DNA of 59,311 bases, filler included, from Basidioascus undulatus (taxonomy: Eukaryota): the NCBI GenBank assembly GCA_000826855.1. It is 3 parts of 3 records of this genome, joined end to end, with 100 filler letters (N's around TTAATTAATTAA, not from the genome) between each part and the next. Parts side by side here need not be neighbours in the genome. Positions count along the whole stretch, not along the records: positions 19,819 to 39,528 come from JTLS01000406.1; 2 more parts are not named here. The stretch is one strand, 5' to 3'. The position numbers and the translations under genes were made by a program. This document shows positions 23,463 through 34,060 of the stretch, piece by piece. The notes below the pieces were generated by a model that was not told where the DNA came from, did not search any database, and was given only the letters and a program-made list of their open reading frames with translations. Each line of letters begins with the position of its first letter. Position 1 is the stretch's first letter.

Positions 23463-23844
23463 TCAAACGTGAAGATTGAGCGGGCTGCAACCCAGAGCGA
23501 CGACGCCGTTGTAGTTGTTGTTTGGGCAACACACCGCTTGCTGTAAGCTGTTGAAGAGAAGGGTCCAGGCACCATCAGTTTTTCTGTACGCTGGACTTTG
23601 GGAAACAGCCGACGGACCAGTTCTGCACGCCGGCGCCGACGGTGGTGATGGGCGTGCAGGTCAGCCCGACCAGACCATTCCCTGGCTCCGCGAGCCCCAA
23701 CAACCCAAGGAGCACTTGCGCCGAAGGGTCCGAGGCAGACCGGACGGTGTTGCAACATAGCGGGCCGCTAGGGCAGTCCTGGGCGAGGATCGAGTCGACG
23801 CCGGAGAGGAGGACAACGGCGAAGAGCGGGATGGTGAAGCGTAT
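23463..23844 (-). CDS. Class I hydrophobin, intact 8-Cys ORF but with ATA in place of ATG (non-AUG start or young pseudogene)
   Basis: (ATA)[102 protein letters not shown]. Intron 23548-23617. Cys spacing C-X5-CC-X31-C-X12-C-X5-CC-X12-C. Confidence 0.9.
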
Positions 23845-23952
23845 CTTGGGTGGTGTGGTAGAGGGTTGGGAGGAGCAGGTGCTGGGGATAGGTGAATAAG
23901 AGTGTATTAATGTCGTAAAACAAAAGCTGAATTCGCTTTGCAGGTGGGGGTC

Positions 23953-23958
23953 TTTATA
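23953..23958 (-). promoter_or_regulatory. Putative TATA box of minus-strand hydrophobin
   Basis: TATAAA on the minus strand about 110 nt upstream of the ATA codon. Confidence 0.4.
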
Positions 23959-25162
23959 CTTCGTGAGAGTGAGGACGGTAGCAAGGCGAAGGGGTACGCT
24001 GACATGGCGCCGGCGCGTACAAGCGCGTACCTAGTTCCTTGCCGGGAGCACTTTCAGAAAACACTCCAAGTGGTTGCACGAGCATCTTCTGTTGACAACC
24101 GGCTGGATCTTTTTAAACTGTGTCGTGTCCGGCTGAAGGTCTTCCGGAAAGTCGAGATGCACCCGACTGTGCAACGCCTGTTTTTCATTCTTCGGCTGGT
24201 ATGCCTGGGCGGGACCTGTTCAATCGAATTGAAAGTGGGAAGCAGCGCTGCAAGGGATGTCATTGACATTTCCCAAATGAGCTGGAACTGATATGGACCT
24301 GACCAACTTAGAATGCTTTGTACCCGATTCAAGCGAAACAAGTGTACACAAATGCAGGGCGAGGTTCAGGGACAGCTTTCGGAACAATGTACTCAGTTAG
24401 TGACCAGTAGTGCTGGAAGCTCACACCAATACCTTGCTACGAATACATTGAGACGTGGCCATTGAGTCGAAGATGGACGGGTGCGACGGTGGGTGAAGAA
24501 GGTCGTGGTGAGAAGTTGTCTGCCACCTCGGCCATCTATGCACACCTTGGTGGAGGATGTAGAAAGGCGTGAAATGGACTGATAAGTCATGGGGTGGGAG
24601 TAGTAGGACAATGAGGAACTTGAAAGGGCTGTTCGTTGCTGTGAGGTCAACATCGCTACATACAGGTGATGTCTTTCGTCAGCCCTGGACTTGTCTTTGC
24701 CGCTCGGGGAAGCCAAATACGGTGGAAAACCGGCGCATTTCTTGAAGTTGAACATGTCGATTCCACATATAATTGGAACCAGTTGAGTCGCCGGCGAGCA
24801 AGCTCGACCGATAGCTGTTGTACCTGGTCGCACTGAAACGCCGCCAGGTAGAACTGTTTTTGTCTTAAAACAACACCCTGGATATCAACATCTACATCTG
24901 GATGCATTTCTACGGGATTTGCAGTGTAGGCAGTGTGGTTTTCCTGCCCAAGGCATCGCGGACGCCACTGACGGGCGTGTTTCGCGAAGACCGATAACCC
25001 TAGAGTGCCGGAGCGCAGCGCAGCGCTGGCGGATGCTCGCGCGCTGTGCACCGCTCTCGCTCGAGCCTGTTGACCCCTCCTTCGCGTTCACGCTCACCTC
25101 CTCACCGCGTGCTCCTCTCGCCCTACTCTCCCCTTCCTCCTTTCACATTCCACACCCTCACC

Positions 25163-26132
25163 ATGGTCCGCTGAACTCTTCCCATCGCGCATAGCGTCGT
25201 CGGCTCGCTCTGCTCGCTCCGCTCGCTCCGCTCACGTCGGCCACCCCCGCAGTCCTCCGGTGTCGCCGTCGACGACGAGTGCCTGCAGGCGTTCTCGGAT
25301 CTCAAGTTGGGGCACAAGTACAAGTACGTCGTCTACCGGCTCGCAGACAAGTTCGACAAGATCATCGTCGAGAAGACGAGCACGAGCAACTCGTACGACG
25401 ACTTCCTCGCCGACCTGCCCGCGGGCGAGCCCCGCTGGGCCGTGTACGACTTTGAGTTTGAGAAGGGCTCGGAGGGGAAGCGTAACAAGATCCTGTTCTA
25501 CTCGTGGTGAGTCGCCGGTCACGTACTTCTCCCCTATCCCCCGTGTCTCCCCTTCCCCCCCTTTGTCGGATGGCGATGGTGGGGCGGGCTCGGTGGGGCC
25601 GACGGGCGTTGTCGGGTGTCAATGATGGGGCGGGCTCGGTGGGGCCGACTGGCGTTGTCGGGTGTCAATGATGAGATAACGTAGCGAGTGCGTGTGCGTT
25701 GGAGATTGTATGCAGCTGACTTGGAGTTCTCCTTCTCTGCGACTCAGGACCCCCGACGACGCCAGGGTCAAGGCCAAGATGGTCGCCGCCTCATCCAAGG
25801 ACGCCCTCCGTCAAAAGCTCGTCGGCATCGCCGCCGAGATTCAGTGCACGGACGAATCCGAGCGCGCGTACGAGACTGGTGAGTCCGCGGGAACGATGTT
25901 GTCCGCGTGCGGGAGCGAGGTGGGACGACGGCGAGGACGTCAGGGGATCGGAGAGAGGGCAGATAGGGCGTTCGCATCGAAGATGCCCGTGCGCACGTAC
26001 TGACAAACATGGAATTCCCTGCACGCAGTCCTCGAAAAGGTCTCCCGTGGCGGTACGTCCCCCTTCCCCTCTGCTTACTCTCGGCCTTCACCCCAGCTTA
26101 ACCCCCGTCCCCCCTCTCGCCCTGCAGCTTAA
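25163..26132 (+). CDS. COF1: Cofilin / actin-depolymerising factor; 5 exons
   Basis: ATG-only first exon. Introns 25166-25252, 25507-25747, 25879-26028, 26053-26127. Protein [29 protein letters not shown]...[61 protein letters not shown]. Confidence 0.97.
25580..25673. repeat. 46-bp tandem duplication inside cofilin intron 2
   Basis: tggggcgggctcggtggggccgac(g/t)ggcgttgtcgggtgtcaatga occurs twice with 1 mismatch. Confidence 0.9.
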
Positions 26133-26914
26133 ATCTCCCTCCCACTCCACCGTCATCACCCCACCCGCGCGCCCAAACTCTACCCCGGCTTCTCTCTTCA
26201 TACATCCGGTTATACCTCCGCTCGCTGTGGTGTCTGGGTCCATGAAAGCTCCCCTTCCTTCTCTGTCGCTCTCCTTAACCTGTTGATAGCCTTTTCCGAC
26301 AACGCTCTGCTTTACTCTGCCGCAAATGAACGAAATACTCTTCCATGCTCGCTGCTGGTTGACCGCCAGCGCGTCAAAGAGGCCCTTTACTGAAGGAAGG
26401 TCGGAGACAACTGCCACAGTCGCTCGCTGGCCGTCCTGCTCCTACGCTTCGAGGCTGCTGCACTTCTTTACGATTTAGACCAATCCGCCTTTGACCGTCG
26501 CACCAGCGTTGCTGCGTCTGGAGGTGCTCGTCCGACTTTGAGCGACAAGTCAATAAGCGCAGATGTCAAGACACGCGAAGACGGGTCACGGCGCGCGTGC
26601 CGGGCGCACTGGGCACGAGCCGTTCCAACTTTTGCTTGGTTACCGCCTTCTCGCTTCACCGCCTTCTGCTCTTTCCCGTCCACCACTCCCAGGGCGCGGT
26701 CCGATAACCCTCTGTATTACATTCTAATTCGTGAGTCTTCCATATACAATGGGAGTTATCTTAGAAGACAAGAGCTTGAAAGGCTCACAGTGGTCGCTCG
26801 CTGGTGCAGGTCTTCTCTTACTCTCTTAATACCTCAAGTGCGCCTTCCCTCCTCGCCAGCCTCTCTACCTCCCTTGAGCAAGTAGAGCTCACAGCGCAGG
26901 ATGCCCACCAGAAA

Positions 26915-29900
26915 ATGGACGCCGTCTCGCTCCAGGGCCTCTTCCAGGCTACCTACTCGCCGGACCCCAACACCCGCAAGGCGGCCGAGCTCCAGATCCG
27001 AAGTGTGCGTTCGCTGCTGCTTCTGAATCAAGGGGATAGAGGCCGGGGACCTGACTTGGAGGAGGATGGCGTTGGTGGGTGGTGGGTGGTTAGCTTGAGG
27101 GGCAGGAGGGATTCCCCACTGCTGTGCTGCAGATCATTGCGGAGGGTCAGGACCTGTGAGTGCTTCTTCCTTCGCTGCTGTGGACGGGGAGGATGGCAGG
27201 GGCTCTCAGGCGCAGGGACAGGTAAGAATAAAGGCATGCTGATTCCCCTCTCCCCTCTCCCCAGGCCCGTCCGCCAAGCCTGCGCCGTCTACCTCAAGAA
27301 CCGCATCGCGCGCTCGTGGGACATCGACCCCTCGCGCCCGCGTCCGAACCAGATCGTGCTCTCGCCCACGGACAAGATCTCGATCAAGCAGAACGTGCTC
27401 CGCGTCCTGCACGCCGCGCCGACCAACACCATCCGCGTGCAGGTCGCCGCGCTCCTGGGGACGATCGTGTCCTGCGACGTCCCGGACGAGTGGCCCCAGT
27501 TCCTTGATTCGGTCCTTGCGCTACTGCGCAGCCCGGAACAGAGGGAGCAGTTCGCCGGGCAGTTGGCGCTGCTGGAGGTTGTTAAGGCGTGGAGGTACGT
27601 TTGGGTGAGAAGGGGGAAGGGGGAGGAGGCTGATGGGCGTGAGAACAGGTACCGGCACTCGAAGAAGGAGTTCTTGTACCAGGTCATCGAGCAGACGTTC
27701 CCCGTTCTCGTGGAGGCCGGGTCCAGGGCCGCTGAGGAGGACTCGCTCGAGGCGGGCTCGATGCTCCATGTCATCTTCAAGATCTACGTGCGTCCCTCTT
27801 TCTTTCTCTTCCCTCCCCTCTCCCTCTCTCTTCTTCTTTCGCTTCTCTCCCACTCCTTCCTCTTCTTTTCTCCTTGCGCATCCCGCACCGCAGCGCTGAC
27901 ATGGTAGGTCTGGAACGGGAAATTGGGGCAAACAGAAAGCGTCGATGATCAACGGCCTCAGCGCGCACCAGCAGCAGACCATCGTCCCCTGGGGCACGCT
28001 CTTCCTCCGCGTCGTGAGCAAGAAGGTCCCCGCCCACCTCCTCCCCGCGGACGAGGACGAGCGCGAGCGCAGCCCGTGGGCCAAGGCAAAGAAGTTTGCC
28101 TTCCACGATCTGAACAGGCTGTTTGCGAGGTGGGTTCTATCTCCCCTTCTCCGCTCCTCACCTCTCGCTGTCTTGTGGCGGTTGCAGGAGATGGGCGCTG
28201 ATGCTGTGCGGGGGGTAAAACAGATTCGGGAGCCCCAGCCAGCTCTCGTCCAGGGCGCAGGAGTACAAGCCGTTCGCGGAGACGTTCGTTGCGCAGTTCG
28301 GTGAGTTCCTACGCGCTGCCGCTTTTCGCTCCAGCACGAGCGATGCAGACTAATGAGCTTGATGTATGTAGCGCCGGAGATCCTCAAGGTCTACCTGCAG
28401 CAGATCGAGCTCTCGCACCAGGGCGTCTGGCTCTCCAACAAGGGCAAGTACTTCATCTTCGACTTCCTCTCCGAGTGGTGCGTTGTCTTCCTACCCCATC
28501 TCCCCCTCCATCTTGCACCCGTGCGCTCGAGGGCTGATTGCGTGGATTGGGGTGGGTGAAGCATCAAACCCAAGTCGACCTGGCAGCTCCTCAAGCCGCA
28601 CGTGCACACGCTCGTCGCGGGCTTTGCCTTCCCCGAGCTCTGCTTCTCTGCCGCGCAGGCCGAGCTCTGGGAAACGGATCCCGTCGAGTTCATCCGCGGC
28701 AGCATCGGTGCGTCGCCCCTGCTCCGTTCCCGTGCTCGAGAAGATGTGCTAATGGCTGGCCGGACGGGGGTTGGGGTGGGCGAGGACAGACCCGCTCGAG
28801 AACTTCAACGCGCCCGCGGCGAGCGCGACGGCGTTCCTCCTCAACCTCACGCGCAGCCGCAACAAGGCGACGTTCGAGGGCATCCTCGGCTTCGTTAACA
28901 CTGTCCTTGCTGAGTAGGTCGAAATCTAGCACTATTCTAATTTTTCCCTGCAGCCGCCTGGGGAGATGCGAGAGAGACTGACGGAATGGCGACGGTGCGA
29001 CGCACAGGTACCCCGCCAAGCGCACGGCGCAGGAGAAGTACGGCGCGCTCGCGATCCTCGTCGCGCTCAGCAGCGTCGTCATGCGCTCCAAGGCTATCGG
29101 TAACGCGATGGAGGGCGTTTTCGTCCAGCACGTCCTGCCCGAGTTCAAGAGCCCGCATGGGTACCTCCGCTTGATCGTGCGTCTGTGCTGCTTGCTTCTC
29201 AGTGTGGACTGGGGTTCGCAGGAGCTGATGTTGATGAGGGGTTGGGGTTGGGCAGGCAAACGAGATGGTCCAGAAGTACGAGACATGGGATATCAAGTGG
29301 ACGAACAAGGCGGTAAGTTCCTGCTGGGCTAGGCTTGGTTCGTCTAAAGTGCAAACCGCTCATGCCTGTTTGTTGGGCGCACAGAACCTCGAGGCCCACT
29401 TCCGCGCCGTCGTCGAGTCCATGGCCGACACCGAGCTCCCCGTGCGCGTCCTCGCCGCGCTCGCGCTCACCGAGCAAATCCAGCACAAGGAGGTCCAGGC
29501 TGCCATGGGCCCCAACATCGCTCGCATCGTCCAGGGTAACCCCACTTCTTCCGGTTTGTTTCGGGCTGGACATGTGCTCAGGACTCGCACACAGACATCC
29601 TCAAGCTGTCGGACGAGATCGACTTGGACACGCTGTCGCAGGTTTGTGGGCGTGCTGTTTGGAGGCGGTGGATACTGGTGCTTACGGGAAGGGAGAGGCG
29701 GCCGATAGACCATGGAGCGCATCGTCGATGACTTCGGCGAGCAGCTCCTGCCCTTCGCTGCTGACATGTCGCGCCACCTCGTACGCTTCATCGCGCGGTC
29801 GCGACCGCCTCGTGCTCCGCGGTGGTTTCGCTGACGCATGAATGCGCCCAGGGCGAGTCGTACATGCGCATCATGCGCGAGCAGCTCGACCTACGGGGCG

Positions 29901-31801
29901 ACACCACCGACGAGACGGACCTGAGCAACGTCAACCTCGACGGCAGCGAGGACAAGGTCATGGCTGCCATGTCCATTCTCGTGCGTCACTTCTGCCTATC
30001 CCCGAAACTCTCGACAGCCTCGCTGAAGGAACCGGACTTGTTCCCGCAGAAAACGATGCAGCAGCTCGTCCGCTCGCTCGAGGGCTCCAAGCCCATCCTC
30101 CAGCAGATCACGCAGGTCTCGATCCCACTCGTCCTCTTCACGCTTCAGAACGAGTTCATCGGTGAGTCTTCCACATCTCGATTCACAAACGCACGCATTT
30201 GTCGCGTTGCTCACCCGCGCGCAATCGGACAGAGCTGTACGACGAGGTCTTTGAGCTCGTCGACAGCCTCACGTTCTTCCTCCGCGAGATCCCGAACGAG
30301 CTCTGGGCCGTCTTCGAGGCCATCTACACGTCCTTCAAGGGCAGCGGCATCGACTTCCTCGGCGGTGCGCTACCTTTTCGTTCTCTCCAGAGCTTGCCTT
30401 TGCCCGTCGCTCACTAGCTCGTCCCCTCGTGGTGCAGAGATGATCAACTCGCTCGACAACTTCATCTCGTTCGGCACCGCTCCGTTCGCGCAGAACCCGG
30501 CCTACCGCCAGATGGCGCTCGACATCTTTGTTGGTCGCTCGCATTCCTGGTGTCAGGGGGGGGCATTTGCTGATGCTGTGCAGCGGACAGGACACTGCGA
30601 TGAAGAGCGAGCAGCTCGGCGAGCACGACCGCATCGCTGCTTGCCAGCTCGCTGAGTCTCTGCTCGCCAACCTCCCGGGCCACTTCGACGATGTGCGTTC
30701 ATTGCATGTTTTCAGGCTGCCGCGCCAAGGATGTTGACCAATAGTGCGTTCCAGGCCGTTCCTGTCATCCTCCGCATCGCGATCGAGCACCTCGGCAAGA
30801 CCAAGACCAAGGCGCTGCGCCTCAACCTGCTCGAGACGATCATCAACGCGCTGCACTACAACCCCGTCCTCTCCCTCGCCGCGCTCGAGCAGGCCGGCGC
30901 GACGACGACGTTCTTCCAGGCGTGGCTCAACAATGCGCAGCTCTTCTCGCGTGTGCACGACAAGAAGGTCGCGATTGTCGGCATCTGCGCACTCATGCAG
31001 CTCACGCCCGACCAGACGCCCGCGAGCGTCCAGCAGGGCTGGCCCGCCCTCTTCGGCGGCCTGCTGCAGTTCCTCGAGACCCTCCCGATCGCGATCCAAT
31101 GTGCATAATTTCTTCGTACCTTGGCAAGCCAAGCTGTGCTGACTGTTCGCTCGGACACTTCTTGCAGCTCGCGAGGAGCTTGAGGCTGCGTTCACCGCTG
31201 GGCCGGACGAGGATGATGACGACGACGACTTTGACGTGATCGAGGACGTTGACGTCGACGACGGTTCGTCGTTGCTGCAATTCGTAACTACATCCCATAA
31301 AGCTAACATGGGTATGGCTTCTGCAGATGAGGACGACGTGCTCGACGAGGACAACGAGTACCTCGAGTTCCTGGCTGAGGAGGTTTGTCGCGCTCGTTTA
31401 TTCTGTTGTGGAGATGGCCTGCAGCCGCTGACGTGATGGCGGGCTCTTTAGGGTGCTCGCCTGCGGGAGAGGCAAGAGGCTGGCCGTGCGGACGACGACG
31501 AGGAGGACTTCGGCTACGATGAGGACGATCTCGCGGAGGAGTTGACGTTCGAGGTGCGTGTTTCCCCTCTCATGCTCGCTAGCATGCCGCCGCTGAACCT
31601 CCGTGATTCCGATGTGCCCAGTCTCCGCTCGACAAGATCGACGCCTTCATCCGCTTCAAGAACAACCTCGCCATCTTCCAGTCTGCGAACCCGGCCGCCG
31701 CGTCCGCCGCGAGCGCAGCGCTTACGCCGGAGCAGCAGGCGCAACTGTCCAAGGCGCTCCAGCACGCCGCCGAGCGCGAGGCCGCGGGTGCGACTGCGTA
31801 G
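26915..31801 (+). CDS. NMD5: Importin-beta family karyopherin, importin-7/8 (Nmd5/Sxm1) type; many exons
   Basis: [42 protein letters not shown] (IBN_N domain), [38 protein letters not shown], acidic C-terminal tracts, stop at 31799-31801. Nmd5 versus Sxm1 orthology cannot be resolved. Confidence 0.92.
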
Positions 31802-32007
31802 AGAGGGGTCGCTTCTGTTGTTCATCGCATTGCCATTCTTTTGTCTTTCACCCTTCCTTCGCTGGTTGGTTTCGTTCGTCGCAGGATACCTCCATTGCCC
31901 ATTGCCAATTGCTAGACTCGAATCGCATTCAACGACTCGTGCTACGCTTTCATGCCCTGCTGCTACGCTTTCACGCTTTGCTACGTTCTGCTCTCACAAT
32001 GCACCCA

Positions 32008-32947
32008 TCACATTACTCGATGATGGTGCTTGGAGGCATCTTTACTTTCCGATAATGCTGAAATTTGCACGACTTGACAATGCCGCCTAGCAATGCACAC
32101 AGTGGTGATTAAGAGTGGTGAATGCGGATTACACGAGTGGTGTACAAGAGTGGTGATTGCGAGTGGTGATTGCGATAGCTGTGAACAAAAGAGGAATGAT
32201 TCAGACCAACGTCGATCACAGCGTGCTGTTACCAGACGTCTTATACCAGCCCCGACGCTGCGCTCATAAGCAGTGCCCGCCACCTCACGGAACTCCTCCG
32301 CGAGATCGCCATACATCGCCTGGACCTTCCCCGTGAGCTGCAGGCCGGCGAGGTCGGGGCTGCCGACGCCGAACGGCGCATGCGGGTCGTACTCAAGGCA
32401 GAGCTCGATCATCCTCACGACGTCCTGCCCGCGCAGGGCAGCGAGCACGAGGAGCCCCGCCTTGAAGGACCCCGTCGCGGGGCCGGCGGTGTAGAACTTG
32501 CCGTCGACGACGACCCTGCCGCCGGGGACAGGCGTCGCGCCGAGGTCGGCGAGCGCGTCGAGCATGTGGAAGTTGGACGTCACGCGCCTGCCCTGCAGGA
32601 GCCCCGCGGCGCCGATGAGGTGCGCGGCGCCGCACACGGCGATGACGGCTGCGGCACGGGGGACTATGCGCTGGAAGAAGGCGAGCACGTCTGGGTCGGC
32701 GATGACGGCGGGCGGGACGGCGCCGAGGACGAGCACGTCGATGTCGTCCGGGCACGCGTCGAACGTCGTCGTGGCGCACGTCGGCCAGCGCGGCACTCCC
32801 TCGATTGGCCCGAGCGTCTTCCACACGAGGTGGACTTCGACGTTCGGCGACACGCCCAGCACCGTCTCGCGCCGAGCACGTCCGCCACAAAAAAGCCGGG
32901 GCAGACGAGGACGGCGATCTTGGCGTCTGATCGATGGGCTTCTGCAT
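32008..32947 (-). pseudogene. Intronless DJ-1/PfpI family gene (isonitrile hydratase InhA-like), two 5' frameshifts
   Basis: MQKPIDQT(fs ~32922)KIAVLVCPGFFVADVLG(fs ~32869)ETVLG..VHLVWKT..TTTFDACPDDIDVL..AVCGAAHLIGAAGLLQGRRVTS..RVVVDGKFYTAG..LEYDPHAPFGVGSP. Nucleophile-elbow Cys (VCG) is present. The homologous part probably ends near 32245. Confidence 0.85.
32100..32175. repeat. Degenerate minisatellite (five AGTGGTG units)
   Basis: agtggtgatt / agtggtgaat / agtggtgtac / agtggtgatt / agtggtgatt, lying between the convergent importin and DJ-1 3' ends. Confidence 0.7.
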
Positions 32948-33200
32948 TGTTACAGGGCTGGGGAGGGAATAGTTCAACAGGTGTCAACACGTCGGAGGAC
33001 AAGGAACGTACCTTTTGACTGTCTATAACCTGAACGCGAGAGCTGACTGAACAGAGACTGCTCGCAGCGCGTTGGGTTTGGGGAGGAGGAGAAGGGAATG
33101 AAGAGGGGAGGCGGAGCAGGGGGCTGAGGCGGGGGTGTCTTTGTGGCACACTTTTTGCAGCGCGCTCACACCGTGCCCCCGCGGCACCCTTAACCCCGCC

Positions 33201-33344
33201 TATATACGAGCGGTCACGCAGTGATGGTTGATTTAACGGGGGCCGGGAGGAAGTATGCAGTAATTGGCCGACGTCGTCGCATTGCACGCAATTGGCCGAC
33301 TGGGAGGGCATGCAATTTGCCGACTGCGAGCACCTTCGCCGACC
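33201..33344 (-). promoter_or_regulatory. TATA box plus 3-4 repeated GTCGGC(C/A)AATT motifs upstream of the DJ-1 gene
   Basis: TATATA at 33201-33206. aattggccgac (33262-33272), caattggccgac (33289-33300), caatttgccgac (33313-33324), partial ttcgccgac (33335-33343). Confidence 0.5.
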
Positions 33345-33409
33345 GGGAATACTCCTGGAATACATAGCACCTTGAGAATGTCGACCGGTACTTCGTCCAA
33401 GAATGTGAA

Positions 33410-34060
33410 TTATAAAGTGCCGACATCCCAATGCCTGAACCCAAGACAACCGAAGAGACGCAACAAGATCTGCTCCTCGGCACCGGAGTCAATGCGAAGG
33501 CGATCGATACGCGGGAAGCTCGCTGACGAGTCTCCAATGCACTCGATATCGGCTGTAACGGCTCCGGCGACGGAATGCAGAGTCCAAACGTCAATCATGA
33601 TGAGGCTGGTCTCGCGCGTCTGGACGGCGACTTCAGCAGCCCAACGCAAGAAGGCGACCTCGATCGCCTCGGTCATACTTGCCGACGGCGTCAAGCGGAT
33701 ACCGCTGAGAAAGAGACGAGAGTAGGCAGGTCCGAGCCTGGATCATGGTGTTTTATCGAAGAAAAAGGAACCAGAGCAAGCTCGATCGATGGCGGGATGC
33801 GAGCTGGCGAATCGCCAGGGGAGATCGATGTCGACGGCGCCCTTGCTGAGCAGTGGGTGCGCCCAAGAACGGAAAGTGCTGTTGACCTCGCAGAAGGTGC
33901 GAAGGAGGCCTCGAAAGACTTTGAACTCCTCGGGACGATAGTGCCCCGTCCAGCGGAGCATCGAAGAGAGCGACGAAGTCGGCCAGCAGATGTGCGAGAC
34001 AAGAAGGTAGACCAGATGAGGGTTGTTGAGCCTCGACGATTGAATGAGGGACATGTCGTG
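33410..34060 (-). pseudogene. Degenerate F-box-like/hypothetical gene
   Basis: MSLIQSSRLNNPHLVYLLVSHI...LLRTFCEVNSTFRSWAHPLL resembles a fungal F-box-like N-terminus. The frame continues past an in-frame stop at 33743. Confidence 0.35.

Noticed and set aside
30335..31354. Long antisense ORFs over importin (similar ones over ADE4, DJ-1, cys2)
   Set aside because: These are shadow ORFs caused by GC3-rich codon usage on the coding strand and show no independent motifs.
32100..32175. AGTGGTG repeats as a CRISPR or telomeric array
   Set aside because: Units are only 7-10 nt with short irregular spacers, the context is eukaryotic, and the unit is not TTAGGG.
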